In this document: positions 25,901 to 37,788 of the stretch, in pieces
Layout of the letters: each line of letters begins with the position of its first letter
Position numbering within the stretch: the stretch's first letter is position 1
DNA from: Phaeosaccion multiseriatum
Lineage: Eukaryota > Protista > Ochrophyta, other classes
Direction of reading: 5' to 3'
Assembly (NCBI GenBank): GCA_965112735.1
Contig: OZ218965.1
Location: 1,798,001 to 1,862,000 of the forward strand
DNA length: 64,000 nucleotides
Translations under genes and position numbers: made by a program
The notes under the pieces: generated by a model
Database searches by the model: none
Seen by the model: only the letters and a program-made list of their open reading frames with translations
Told to the model about the DNA's origin: nothing

Positions 25901-28372
25901 ATAGAGATAAGCCGTGGGCAAGATAGGATCTCCTCTCCAGGAGTATACGAAACTTTTCATATGCACCGCATGCTCTTCCGCCTCCAGCTCGTTGGCAGTT
26001 TTGCCCCTGAAGTTAGGGTACTCCACCTTCACAGTTGCATGTCTCTGAGACGTGGACGCTGCTCTATTCTACCGATTTTCAGGGCCCATCAGGGCGTCAT
26101 CTCGTCCGCAGGACACGTCTGATGACCCCCGTACCGCCGCTGTCCATGGGCGGAGGGCAAGAGGTCTATCGCAGGTCGTCACCCGAGGTGGCCGAAAAGG
26201 TGAGGGCGCACGAGAGGGGGAGAGGGCGTGAGATGGAAGGCTTCGCCTGGCAGTTACGAGCGGGGCAAGAGGGATCAACATCACTCATATATAGCCTGGC
26301 TTGTGACCAAGTTTTAGCTTCAAAGGTCATAATCCCATGTGCAAAATCGCATACGTGTACTCCCCTCTCTTTTGCCTTTGAAGGGTCCTTTTTGTGAGGT
26401 CATGAGCAGCCGATCCCACGCCCTGTCAGAGCATCGGTCTTGCTTAAGGGGCGTAATACTAACTCCCCTGCCCCCTGTTATTGCGGGACGTGGGTGGTGG
26501 GGCGATCGGGGGGACTTCGACATCTTCTCCCGAGGTCACTGCACAGGTGGCGAAGTATGAGGGTGGAGAGGAAAGGGAAGGAACCTTCCCGGCAGAGTCA
26601 AGGACGACACAAGGTATGTTGTGGCATCTAGTGTGTGAGTTGTCAGATGTCCAACTTTCAGCTTCAGCGAGCTTAACCAGACATGGGAAATCACCTCGTG
26701 TCCACCTCCCTAATTTTGGCCCCTTCGGTTAGGTCATCACGAGGGTCATTACCGGGGCAGGAGAACGACTGCGGCTACCATCCTGCCTCTCTTCAGGGAG
26801 CGAGAAGGTAAGGAGCAAGGGGTTCACGAGCGGCAGTGGCCAGACGAGCGGGGGGAAGAGAAGAAGCAGGCGTCCAGATAGAAGTCAAGCTTATCCGCCT
26901 CGTCGTCCACCCGGGGGACGCCGTTGCTGCACGATCAGCTGCAGCTCCTCCTGGCTACTGCGGATGAGCGTGCTCGTATTGAAGCCTACCAGCCACGAGT
27001 GAGAGAAGCTCAATCAAGCAGCAGCTGGACGCGCCATCGGCTGCCGAGGCGGCCATGGGAGCTGAGCCGGAGAAAGGGGGGTAGCGTGCTGTTGCTGTGG
27101 GTGGTGGTGTTCGTCGTGGCACATGGTCGAAAAGCGAGAATGACTCAGGGGCGACAGGACGATGAGCCGCAAGGCCATACTCAAGTCGCTGACCGCCCTG
27201 TATGCAGAGAAAGTGGGGTGGAGGCCGTGGCAGGGGGGTTAGGAGCTGCCAGAGGAGGGCTTGGCGGGCTACCGAGACGGATTTCGCAGGTAAGACGGAG
27301 CCTCGTGCAGCATCTATAGTAGTAGTAGCCGTAGCAGCACCGATAAGGGGAGGAGGGGCAGTGTGTGTACAGTTGGAGCTGCCCATCCGTGAAATTGGGT
27401 TAAAATGACGAATATACACATAGATAGCGTTGTAAATCGCATCCTCGCCAAGGAGAGCATGTAAAGAGTACCAAATCGGCGCATGGTCATGAGGTATAGC
27501 CTCGCGTTGTATCTGGCCCATATCTATCGTCATACCCTCTCTTCCCCCTCGATCGAGGGTCAGGATGACGACGAAAAGGGGCCCTTCACACTTGTAAATT
27601 CTCTCCCTCACTCTGTAGCTCCTGAAAGGACACTTCGAGTTGCCCAGCACTCAGCAGACTATGTATCCCTCAAGTCTTCTCAAGGGTTTCATATATCGTG
27701 GTCTGCTGGTCGCACACGCTCCTCCCTCTCCTCACCATTTTTGAGGTGAAAACTGCTGCCATAAGTGTTTCCATCTCGCCTCACCCCTTCTGCTCCACAG
27801 CACCTGCAATCGCACTCTTAGCTACTCAACGTCGACTTCCATATGTGGGTCGCAGTCTGCTCAAAGCCATTCCTCCCTCATGGGCTCTTGCTCGCACACG
27901 CTCTTCCCCCACTCCCCCCTTGTTTGAGGCCCAAATTCCCGCCAAAGCAACGGACATTTCAGCTCCACATATTAGCCCACTATCTCCTAAGACCGCGCTC
28001 CCAGCTTCACATCGGCTACTTGACTACATAATCCGTATTCAGCCCGAAGATTATCACCTCTTGTGTGAGCTACGCCTCTCTCTTTCTCCCTTGTTCAGGG
28101 GCAAAGATTTCGTCAACATAGCAGCACATTTCACCTCCTAAATCGCTCTATACAGACGCAACAATCAGACTTTAAGCTGCTCAACATCTAGAATACTGGC
28201 TTTGCCTCAGATCTCCCGAAGCGCTTCGCCTGTGGTGCTCTGTAGCGTGCGTAATACCTCTTTTCCTGAGCCCACTCAAAATGTTGAGTCTACTGATTTT
28301 CTACTGACTTTTATCGGGGTTAATTGACATACAAGGGCCAGGGCGGTTAATCGGTTAATTGACATACAAGGG
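22917..28372. mobile_element. Outer non-autonomous TIR element (22917-25615 + 28338-28372) with 37-bp TIRs; its right TIR is split by a second copy
   Basis: Left TIR is cccttgtatgtcaattaaccgccctggatgtcagtag. Its reverse complement is rebuilt by joining ctactgacat (25606-25615) to ccagggcggttaat[cggttaat]tgacatacaaggg (28338-28372). Confidence 0.8.
25616..28337. mobile_element. Inner copy of the same ~2.7 kb TIR element, in inverted orientation
   Basis: TIRs cccttgtatgtcaattaaccccgataaatgtcagtag ... ctactgacttttatcggggttaattgacatacaaggg match at 36/37. The body is the reverse complement of 22944-25615, with mirror ORFs such as 23604-24305(+) and 26955-27650(-). Confidence 0.85.
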
Positions 28373-28373
28373 C

Positions 28374-30325
28374 TACAGAAGATTCATTGACTTACGAACC
28401 AGAATGCCAGGGGCATTCTGTACGATAGGGGGCATTGACTGTAGAGTTACTTAGCTGTGTCTACTCCACGTGGGGTCATTGCGCACGTGTTGACCTTTTC
28501 ACGTGCGATGGTTCTTTCCTAGCAGGAGATCTTACCTCCGTAAGTAATTTACTCGGTTTTTCACCAAGGCTTTTTCTCGTCTGCCGGCTCTCCTTCCGTC
28601 TACGCTTGCCAGCGCTTCCTTCTCTCTTTCCGAACTACGATACGTTTGTAAACGTACTATTGGTACAGAATGCCCCTGGGCCAGGGCGAGAGGTTGGAGT
28701 CTGGGCTTGCCAAGCCCCCGGCCAGGACGAGCGCGACGTGCACGGCCGGCGCCACCACCTCCGTCTCAAGAAGGCCCTCTACGGCTGCCGTCAGTCTTCT
28801 GCGCGTTGGTGGGTGACTCTCCGCGACTTTCTTGTCGAGCTCGGCTTCACCCAGAGCCTCTCCGACGCGTGTGTCTTCACTCGTACTGGCGCTGACGGCA
28901 TCACCATCATCTTCACCTTCATCAATGACCTCCTCATCATGGGCCCTTCTGCCCCGGCTATCGACGCAGCTGCCATGAGATCGGCTCCAACTACATCCTC
29001 AATCCGGTCACCACCTTCCTCTTCCTCGGATTCACTCTGGAGCACCAGCTTGACTCCATCATCATTCACCTCTCCAACTACATCTCCGACACATTGCCGC
29101 GCTTAGGCTTTGTCGGCTGCCCTCCCACCTACCTGCCTGCGGTGCCTGGATCGGTCCTCTCCAAAGCCAAGGAGGGAGATCAGCTCCTCTCTCTCTCGGA
29201 ACTGGAGCAGAACCGCACCAACGTCGGAGTGCTGCAGTACATCAGCGGAGTGTGCCGACCCGACATCACCAACGCCGTGAGGGCTGTGTCTGAGCTGACG
29301 CACGCTCCCACAGTCGCACACCAGCAGGCGGTCGCAACCATCTTCAACTACCTCGCGACCACTTCGTCCCTCGGCATCACGTACTCATGTGCCCCCTTCT
29401 CTCCCTACGACTCTGCTCCCTCCTATCTCAGTGACCCTCTGCAGCTGGTGGCCTCGGACGCCTCCTACGCCTCCTGCCCTGACAAGCGCCTCTCCATTAC
29501 GGGGCTCTCTCTTCATCTTGGCGGAGCAGCTGTGCAGTGGAGCAGCAGCAAGCAGTCTATCGTCGCTTGCTCCTCCAGCGAGTCGGAGTACGTGGCGGCA
29601 AGCAGTGCCACCAAGGACATTCTTAGCATGCGTTATACGCTGCGGGACTTCGAGTGTGAGCAGCTCTTTGCCATCTTTCTCCTCCAGGACAACAAGGCGG
29701 CTATCAACCTGGCGGAGAACGAGCTCGGGCCGAGGAGGACCAAGCACATCGACGTGCGCTACCATCACATCCGGCAGCAGATCAAGTTTGGCACCGTCGC
29801 CATGGAGTATGTAGAGACGACTCACCAGGCTCCGACATCCTTACCAAGAACCTGGACACTGTGCGTTCGAGCGCCACCGTAAGACGCTTATGGGACTGTG
29901 ATTTGCGGTGTGGGGTGAATGGTGTTTCGCCTTTCATTCAAGTATGTCACGGGAGCCCTTTTTCTTTCTTTTTCTTAGTCTTTTCTTCTGACTGTTAACT
30001 ATAGTTTGTGTGCGACTACAGTCTCTGGTCTTTGTCGCAAGGGAGGATATCATAGTGTGTATGACAGCAATTGTACAAGAATTCATTGACTTCCGAACCG
30101 AATACCATTCTTCTAGGGGCATTGACTGTAGAGTTACTTAGCTCTGTCTACTCCACGTGGTCATGGTGCGCACGTGTTGACCTCTTCACGTGCGATAGTT
30201 CAGGAGATCTTTCCTCCGTGAGCAATTTTCTCGGTTTTTCACCAAGGCCTTTTCTCGTCTCCCGGCTCTCCTTCCGTCTACGCTTGCCAGCGCTTCCTTC
30301 TCTCTTTCCGAACTACTTGAAGTAC
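28374..30325 (+). mobile_element. Internally deleted Ty1/copia LTR retrotransposon remnant with two diverged LTR-like repeats (~28374-28660, ~30050-30325)
   Basis: A direct repeat attcattgactt...ctctttccgaactac occurs at both ends. A purine tract aagggagga (~30039-30047) precedes the 3' repeat, and RT/RNase H fragments lie between them. Confidence 0.88.
28700..29900 (+). pseudogene. Frameshifted copia RT-RNase H fragment (no gag, protease or integrase)
   Basis: LKKALYGCRQSSARW and SDACVF are present, and FINDLLI replaces YVDD. RNase H motifs: SDASYA, WSSSKQSIVACSSSESEY, DNKAAI, RTKHIDVRYHHIR. Confidence 0.92.
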
Positions 30326-30790
30326 AACACGTCCCAGAGGTTCAGACCCACAGGAAGAGCTGATGCAGCACCTGTGTATCGTGCCTTTCCACCCCAGCGT
30401 TGACTGCACATAGCACGCATATAGAATACGCAGCTCTGCCATGACGACAACCATCGTCCGCCCACGCTGCATGCTTGAGCCGCCCTGGGCATCGGCATCA
30501 TCACGCTCCGCAAAGGCCCACACTCAATCACGGGCCAAGGGAAGGCACTTTGGAGCTACCTTCCCTCCATCCAGGCGCTGCTGCTTCTTTGAAGCGGCCC
30601 GGCGGGTGCCCCACTTGGGACCCAACCTTGCCCAAGCAGAGGCACGAGCTGATTTGGACCTCAAAATCCTTATTTCTCCCTGTCGCGCTCGATAGTCCTC
30701 AGACCCAATAGCGTCAAGCTTAAAGCTACTTGCGCGCCAGACGGAGTGGGGGGAAGGAGGCGAGCAGCGCCCACTTCCGATTTCAAGAAA

Positions 30791-33700
30791 ATGGAGGCCG
30801 GGTCTCAGCGCGGCGATGAGGGAGAGCAAGGCGTGGCGCCTGCTGCTGCTCAGGTGCTGCATGTGGACCTGCTCGCCCTGAGTGACATCGTGGGGACGCA
30901 AAAGGACGCGCTCGTCGACGCCTTCAGGTGATGAGATGGACGGGACACAGCACACTTCCTCTCCCTCCCCCTGATTTGCTTGTGCTCTTGCTGGTGGCGT
31001 CGATGGGATGATAGCGGCCTTTCCGGGCCTCGCCGAGGAGGAGAGTGAGGACGGAAAACATGTGGGCACGATGAGACTCATCATTGAACCTCCACTTCGT
31101 CTCCGCCCCGCTCCCGGACCGCTCCCCCGCACCTCTCGTGCAGGAATGAAGCGCTGGGAGGTATGTCGGTGCTGCCGAGCCAGCTCGCCGGCGAGGACCT
31201 TCGCTTCCGCGTCATGGACGCAGGGCTGGTGTCAGAGGACGGAGCCCCTCAGGTCTCTCCAGCCGTCAAGCGGGCCTTGCTGGTGTGCTGGGCTCGCCCA
31301 AGAGCCGCCACAATGGACACACAGGGCAACCTGTTGCCCTCGAGACTGCTCAGGAAGCTCGAAGGGGAGGCAGGGATGAGCGTCCTGAAGGCCATGCTGT
31401 ACAATCTTGTGCGGGCCGGGCTTGAGGAGGTGACCATCATCGCCGGTGCGGCGGACGGGCTGGAGGAGCATGTGGACGACTCGTTTCTGCAAGAGCGGTT
31501 ATGTATCAGGTGAAGCAAGCGCGCGCTCACACCGCCTAGGCCTACATCCAGCCCTCACCCTCCTTTATCCACCTCTCTTATTGTCTTTCTTTGGTGGTTA
31601 AGGGCGAGGGGGTTTGGTCCCCCGTGGCGAGCTGCAGTGAAAAAGGCTTCTCTCATTGATTAGCTTGTTTCTAAGCCGCCCTGTCGCTCTGCCCCCCTCC
31701 CCACCATTGTACAGATGGCACTATCTTCCGGAGGAGTATTACGGCTTTCATGCGAGCGCCATTCTGGATGCCAAGGACGTGATGATGGTCGGAGACGAGC
31801 CCTTCTTGCTTCTCACGTCAGACCATCTCTTCCACCCGCTGGTGCTTCACGAACTTGGTAAGTCAACGATACATGAGGGAATAGGAAGAGCAACTCGATC
31901 CCCTCCCTCGCCGGAAGCCTCTGTCTACCTCCTCTCTCTGCCTCCGCTTTCCGTCGGTGTCTTCTCCATCTCCTTGTCTCTCTCTTTCTCTCCCATCCCT
32001 TCCCTCTTCTCCCTCTCTCCCCCCCCCCCTCCATCGCCCCCTCCTCTCTAACCCTCTCTCTCTGCCTGTCTCCTCTCTCCACCTCTATCCCTCTCTCCCT
32101 CCCAATAGTATTACGGCTTTCATGCGAGCGCCATTCTGGATGCCAAGGACGTGATGATGGTCGGAGACGAGCCCTTCTTGCTTCTCACGTCAGACCATCT
32201 CTTCCACCCGCTGGTGCTTCACGAACTTGGTAAGTCAACGATACATGAGGGAATAGGAAGAGCAACTCGATCCCCTCCCTCGCCGGAAGCCTCTGTCTAC
32301 CTCCTCTCTCTGCCTCCGCTTTCCGTCGGTGTCTTCTCCATCTCCTTGTCTCTCTCTTTCTCTCCCATCCCTTCCCTCTTCTCCCTCTCTCCCCCCCCCC
32401 CTCCATCGCCCCCTCCTCTCTAACCCTCTCTCTCTGCCTGTCTCCTCTCTCCACCTCTATCCCTCTCTCCCTCCCAATATCCCCCCTTCTCCCCTCTGCA
32501 CTCTACAGCCATGGAGATGGTGGGTGCTGAGCAGATCAGCGACGGCGTGGTGATGTGTGAAGAGTCCTTGACCACACATGAAGTGGGCCTACTGCCCCAT
32601 CAGGGCTACGCCGTCTTCCTAACCAAGGCACCAGCCCCCAACCCTGACGGTTTCGTTGAAACCGTCACAGCCGTCACGGTTCAAGGAGGAGGAGGAATGG
32701 CGAAGGGAGAGGTGAAGGAGGGAGAGGGGGGCGACGAGGAGCAACAGGAGCTAAAGTGCCTGGAGATGGGTGCCTTTGTGCTATTGCCGTCTGCGCTGTT
32801 CGAGGCGCTGACGGAGGTGTCTCAGGGCAGAGCCTACTTCACGCTTGCCATGGCGCTGGACCGCTTGGCCAAGCAGGGCCGCTTACGGTGAGGGTTGTCG
32901 GACTGGCTGCTGGATGGATGGTTGGTTGGCTGGCTGGCTGGCTGGCTGGCTGCGGGGCTGTGGATGGAGTTGGGGGGGGAGCACAGCAGGCTGAGGCATA
33001 CTTGCTTTCTACTCTCCGCCGAAGGAAGACATGGCATGGCGAGCTTAGTTCTTGAAACAGGCACTCCACGTGCGCTCCTCTGCACGCCCCATGACTCTTC
33101 CCACCCCGTCACACGCACACACGCACGCACGCACACACACGAACGCACGCACACACGCACACACACACACATGCACACACACGCACACACACACACACGC
33201 ACACACACACACGCACACACACACACACACACGCACGCATACACGCACGCACACACACACACACATGCATCCCCCAGGTGCAAGTCGGTGCAGGCGCGAC
33301 ACTCTCTCGCCTTCGGTTCTGCATCGCCGGGGCAGGTGAGCCCCTCTGTGATGTACCCCTTCTGAGAGGAGGCAACCAACGAGCACTCTCTCTCTCTCTC
33401 CTGTCTTTGTGCGCTGCACCGACCTGACCCCGAGTGTGCCCGTGTCATGCTGCTCCCCCCCTCCTGTCCTCTGCGGCCTGTCCCGCCTTGTCGTGTGCCA
33501 CCCAAAAGGGCGAGCCCAAGCTGCACCACATCCACCAAGAGGTAAGGCGCAACTCGGCTGGCGACTGCGTTTCACCCCTTCCCTCTCCCTGTTGCGCGCA
33601 TGTCCACTGCCTCTCCCCACCACCTCTCTCGCCCCACGTGGATGGCATTGGATGGCATTTGGAAGTAGCATGGCCGGCACAGGACCGCTTGCTCCATCTC

Positions 33701-35125
33701 CACCGCGGAAATGGCAACTTGTGCCACCTCTCATACCCACACGCCACGTTTTGCTTGAAGCCTCTCATGCCTGCCCTGCTGCCTCTCTCGTGTCGATGAC
33801 CTCAGGCGGGGATGGACGAGGGTGGCAGATTAACGGCGGGCGTTGTGCCGCTCATTCCGTGCACCCAGTCTCTGCTGCCGGCGCGGGGAGAAGCCCCCGT
33901 CGAGCTCTCTCTCTCGCCTTCCACGTTGGCAGAAGAGGTGCCGGAGGAGGTGTCTGAAGCAGCAGCAGCAGCAGCGGCAGCAGAAGGAGAGGCAGGGGCG
34001 GCGGGCGTCATCTCAGCCCCGCCTTCCCCTCCCCCCTTCTTCCCTCGCCTGGCTCGTCCGCACTCTCCCGCACAGAGCCGGACAAGCTCTTCCTCACTCC
34101 CCCCAAGGCCGCCTTCACCACCCTCCGCACCACCCTCCGCAGCGCAGCAGGGGAGCGAGGACAGTGTGCTATCGCTGCTCGTACCCACGGGTCCGGTCGA
34201 CACGAGGCTTGTGGAGAGTGCGGCGACGGGGGCGCAAGAGGGGGTCGGCGCGACAGGCGAGGCACGCTTCTTTGTGGTGCCTGTGGGCGGAGAGGAGCAG
34301 GCGGCGCGGACGGGAGCTGGCGAGTCCACGAAGGAAAGCGACGAAGGCTTTCAGGTACAGCATACGCAGCTACTGGCCTACTCCTGCGTGGCTTTCACGT
34401 TGCTCACATAGTGAGAAGCCGTGTTTTTCTTCTTCTCCCCAACGCGCTCCCTCCCCATGCCATTTACTCGCTTCTGAGGCCAGCCAGGCTCTACAGAGGC
34501 CCTCCTCCCTCCTCCCTCCTCCCCCCTCCCTCCTCCCTCCCCCCCCCTCCTGTCTCCCAGTAACGGCGCTCCCTCTCAGCTCCTACCTCACCTCTTTGCT
34601 TGTTGTCTCTACCCTCCTCCCCCCTCCCACCCCAGCCGCCCCCAGGTTTAGCCCCCACTGTCTCGGCCGCAGCCCCAAACGTCGCCGCCGTAGACGTGGC
34701 CTTCAGTGACATATTCACCTCCCAGGGAGCGGCCCAGGACGGGGCGATGCTCATCCCTATGCCTGCGGTGCGCGAGGAGGCAGTGCCGGACACTCTCCCA
34801 GAGGCCGGGGAGGGAGAAGGCGGTGAGGGGGTTGAAGTTGAAGGGAGCGCTTCACATGCCGACAATTACGTCTTCGCCGTGGATCAGTACGCAGGCAGTC
34901 ACGTGAGCCAACTGAGAATGCCCTCGGACATTCAACACATACACCTGGAGGCTGTGGTGTCCGAAGCGGATCCTGCGAGGGTGGACATTAGCATCGTTGT
35001 GGACAGCAAAACGCCCTTCATCGCATGGGTCATTGTGGGCGTTGCTCTGATTGGCGAGGCCACCGCTGGGCCGATTGCCAAGTGAGTTTTTCGGTTCTGA
35101 CACACGCACACACACACACACACAT

Positions 35126-35182
<57 letters not shown>

Positions 35183-37583
35183 TAGGATGGACCCCAAGCC
35201 CCTGCACCTCTCCATCTGCCAGCCCTCAATCATTCACTCTCAAACGCCTCCCCCGTTGCCCGTGTTCTGCTACCCCTCCCTTCCCCCGGCTGCAGGCTGA
35301 CGGACATTGTTCTGGGTAGGAAAGACGTGTCCGGCATCACACTGAGCCTATGGAGGTACAGTGCCTCCGCTCTACTCAGCACCTTCCCCTTTCTCGTGCG
35401 GGCTGCGCTGGACCCGTCGCTCGTCCATAGGCAGCTCACGGACAGGCAGATGGTCTCGCAGACTGCATTGGCGGGCCTGGCGTCCTCAGGTGAGAGAACT
35501 TGGGCATCCGGCTGGCGATTGGGTCTCCGTCGATTTGCCCCCACTGAACGAAGCCCCCTTCCCCAACATGATGTGCCTCTGTCCCCTCCCTTTCCTTCTT
35601 TCCTTCCTTCCTTCCTTCCTTCTTTCCTTCCTTCTTTCCTTCCTTCCTTCCTTCCTTCCTTCCTTCCTTCCTTCCTTCCTTCCTTCCTTCCTTCCTTCCT
35701 TCCTTCCTTCCTTCCTTCCTTCCTTCCTTCCTTCCTTCCTTCCTTCCTTCCTTCCTTCCTTCCTTCCTTCCTTCCTTCCTTCCTTCCTTCCTTCCTTCCT
35801 TCCTTCCTTCCTTCCTTCCTTCCTTCCTTCCTTCCTTCCGTCCGTCCGTCCCGTCCAGTGTGGGGCGTGTGTTTCTACTCCTCCCTGCTTTTCACAACGG
35901 TGTCCAAGGCGTCTCTGCTCTCTCAGACCACCCCTGTGCTTATATGCCTGTGGAAGCTGCTCAAGCGCGAGCCGCTGGCCCCCAAGGAAGTGAGCGGCCT
36001 CACAACTGCCATGCTGGGTGCTGTCTTGGTGAGCGTGGCGCAGAACGACGCCTCAGAAACCTCCTCTTCTTCCCCTACCAGCCAGCTTCGAGACTTCTTC
36101 GGAATGGGCCTCGCACTCACTTCAGCGACGGCCAACGCGGTCTTCTACAGGACAGCACACGACCTTCGGAGGCAGATGGACCCCTCGGTGTTCTTTTGGA
36201 CGCAGGTGAGTAACAAGAAGAAAGGAGAGAAAGAGAGAGAAAGAGAGAGGAAGAGAGAGAGAGAGGCAACGAAGAGCCGTAGGGCGCTAAGGCTTCCCTC
36301 TCTTTACTTCGCCCCGCCCCACTGTCGCCCTTCACCGCAGCGCGTCATCGTGTCGATATACACAAGCATCGTCTTGTGGGTGGCTGGGGAGGTACACACC
36401 TTCAGAGAGCTTCTCGTGGGCCCCTCGGGCATCTTTGGCTGGATGTTTACGGTGCGTCATGGGCGCAAAGCGCTTGTGTTGGGCCGCGCGTGGGTGGGTT
36501 AATGGACGGGCTGCCTCACTCAGTCAGGAATGACGGAATGGAAGGAACGACTGAGTAAAGGAAAGCCTGCGGCGCACTCCCTCACTCACTCACTCTGAAG
36601 GAAGAAAAGCCTCCTTACGCCCTCACTTCACTCATTGACTCGCTCAACGTATGCACTCACTCACGCACCGAATTCCTCCCTCTCTCCTTGCTGACTTCAG
36701 GCTGGGCTCGGTCTGATTGTGCTGCAGATGACGAACGCGCTCTTGACGGACTACGTGGCCATCATGGGCATGTTCCTAACCTTCAAGTACATCAGCGCAC
36801 TCGTGCTCAGCGTCATCTTCCTCACCTCACCCGTTCTGACCGTCCTTACGGACCTCCTGCTGGGCCTGGAGGAGCTACCAGGTATGACGGGATCCATCCC
36901 GCGAAGGGACGTTTTCCTCCTCCTCCTGCTTCTCCTCCTCCTTCTCCTCCTCATCCTCCTCCTCGTCCTCCTCCTCCTCCTCCTCCTGCTTCTCCTCCTC
37001 CTTCTCCTCCTCCTCCTCCTCCTCCTGCTTCTCCTCCTCCTTCTCCTTCACCCAAACGATCGTCCATCATGCTACGCCCATCCAATCGAACCCAGGGCCC
37101 CTGTTCCTCATCGGCTCGGTGATGGTGCTACTCGGAGCTGCAATTGTGTGTGTAAGCAGCGCCGAGGCCCGCCACGAGACACTCGACGCGACGGCCGCAG
37201 TGAGGCAACCCATGGACATACTGGGCACGCTGGATGGCAGCGGCAGCGGCAAGAGCAAGGACTCGGATGAGGGCGAAGAAGGTGAGGAGGTTGGGGGGGT
37301 TGATTGGGGTGCTGTGGGGGGGGGGTATTTGATGAGCCGGGAAGTGGGGGGGATTGGTGTGTGTGTCGCGTCTGGTCCGTCTGGTGGGAAGGGCAGCAGC
37401 GGTGGATGGGAGCGTCTTGCTCCTTCGGCGCTCGGGCAGAGCTCTTTGGTACCAGAGGTGTCGGCTTTTGATTCGACTGCTAACACTCCCGTACCGCCAC
37501 CGCCCCTCCTCTTGTAATGACTCGTTTGCTCGCTCGAGTCTTCTCTGAGCCACCCTCTTTTCGCTGCCATCTCTCTCTCTCGC

Positions 37584-37649
<66 letters not shown>

Positions 37650-37788
37650 CGCAGGCGATTGGGTATCTGGGCAGCAGCTGGAAGACCTGCCCCTCCTTGG
37701 CAGCCGCGGCGGTAGCGGCTCTTTGGCCCCCGCCTACGGGACTGCGCCGCCGGAGCTGCGGCATCGGCGGGACGGCTCCACGGTCTGA
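30791..37788 (+). CDS. Fusion of an NTP-transferase-like (LicC/MobA-type fold) domain and a DMT/EamA-family transporter; ~14 exons, with junctions in 33340-34730 uncertain
   Basis: N-half: [43 protein letters not shown] and [18 protein letters not shown]-half: ~10 TM segments ([63 protein letters not shown]). The last exon 37655-37788 is in phase. Confidence 0.72.
31735..32478 (+). repeat. 372-bp tandem duplication of part of an exon plus the following intron
   Basis: 31735-32106 appears identical to 32107-32478; duplicate ORFs are offset by 372. Confidence 0.93.
35590..35840. repeat. (CCTT)n intronic microsatellite, ~60 units
   Basis: Run immediately upstream of the acceptor at ~35858. Confidence 0.95.

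Noticed and set aside
23113-28141. ORFs inside the TIR elements as a transposase or recombinase
   Set aside because: They are short, with no recognisable DDE, HUH or tyrosine-recombinase motifs; they are mirrored only because of the inverted duplication.
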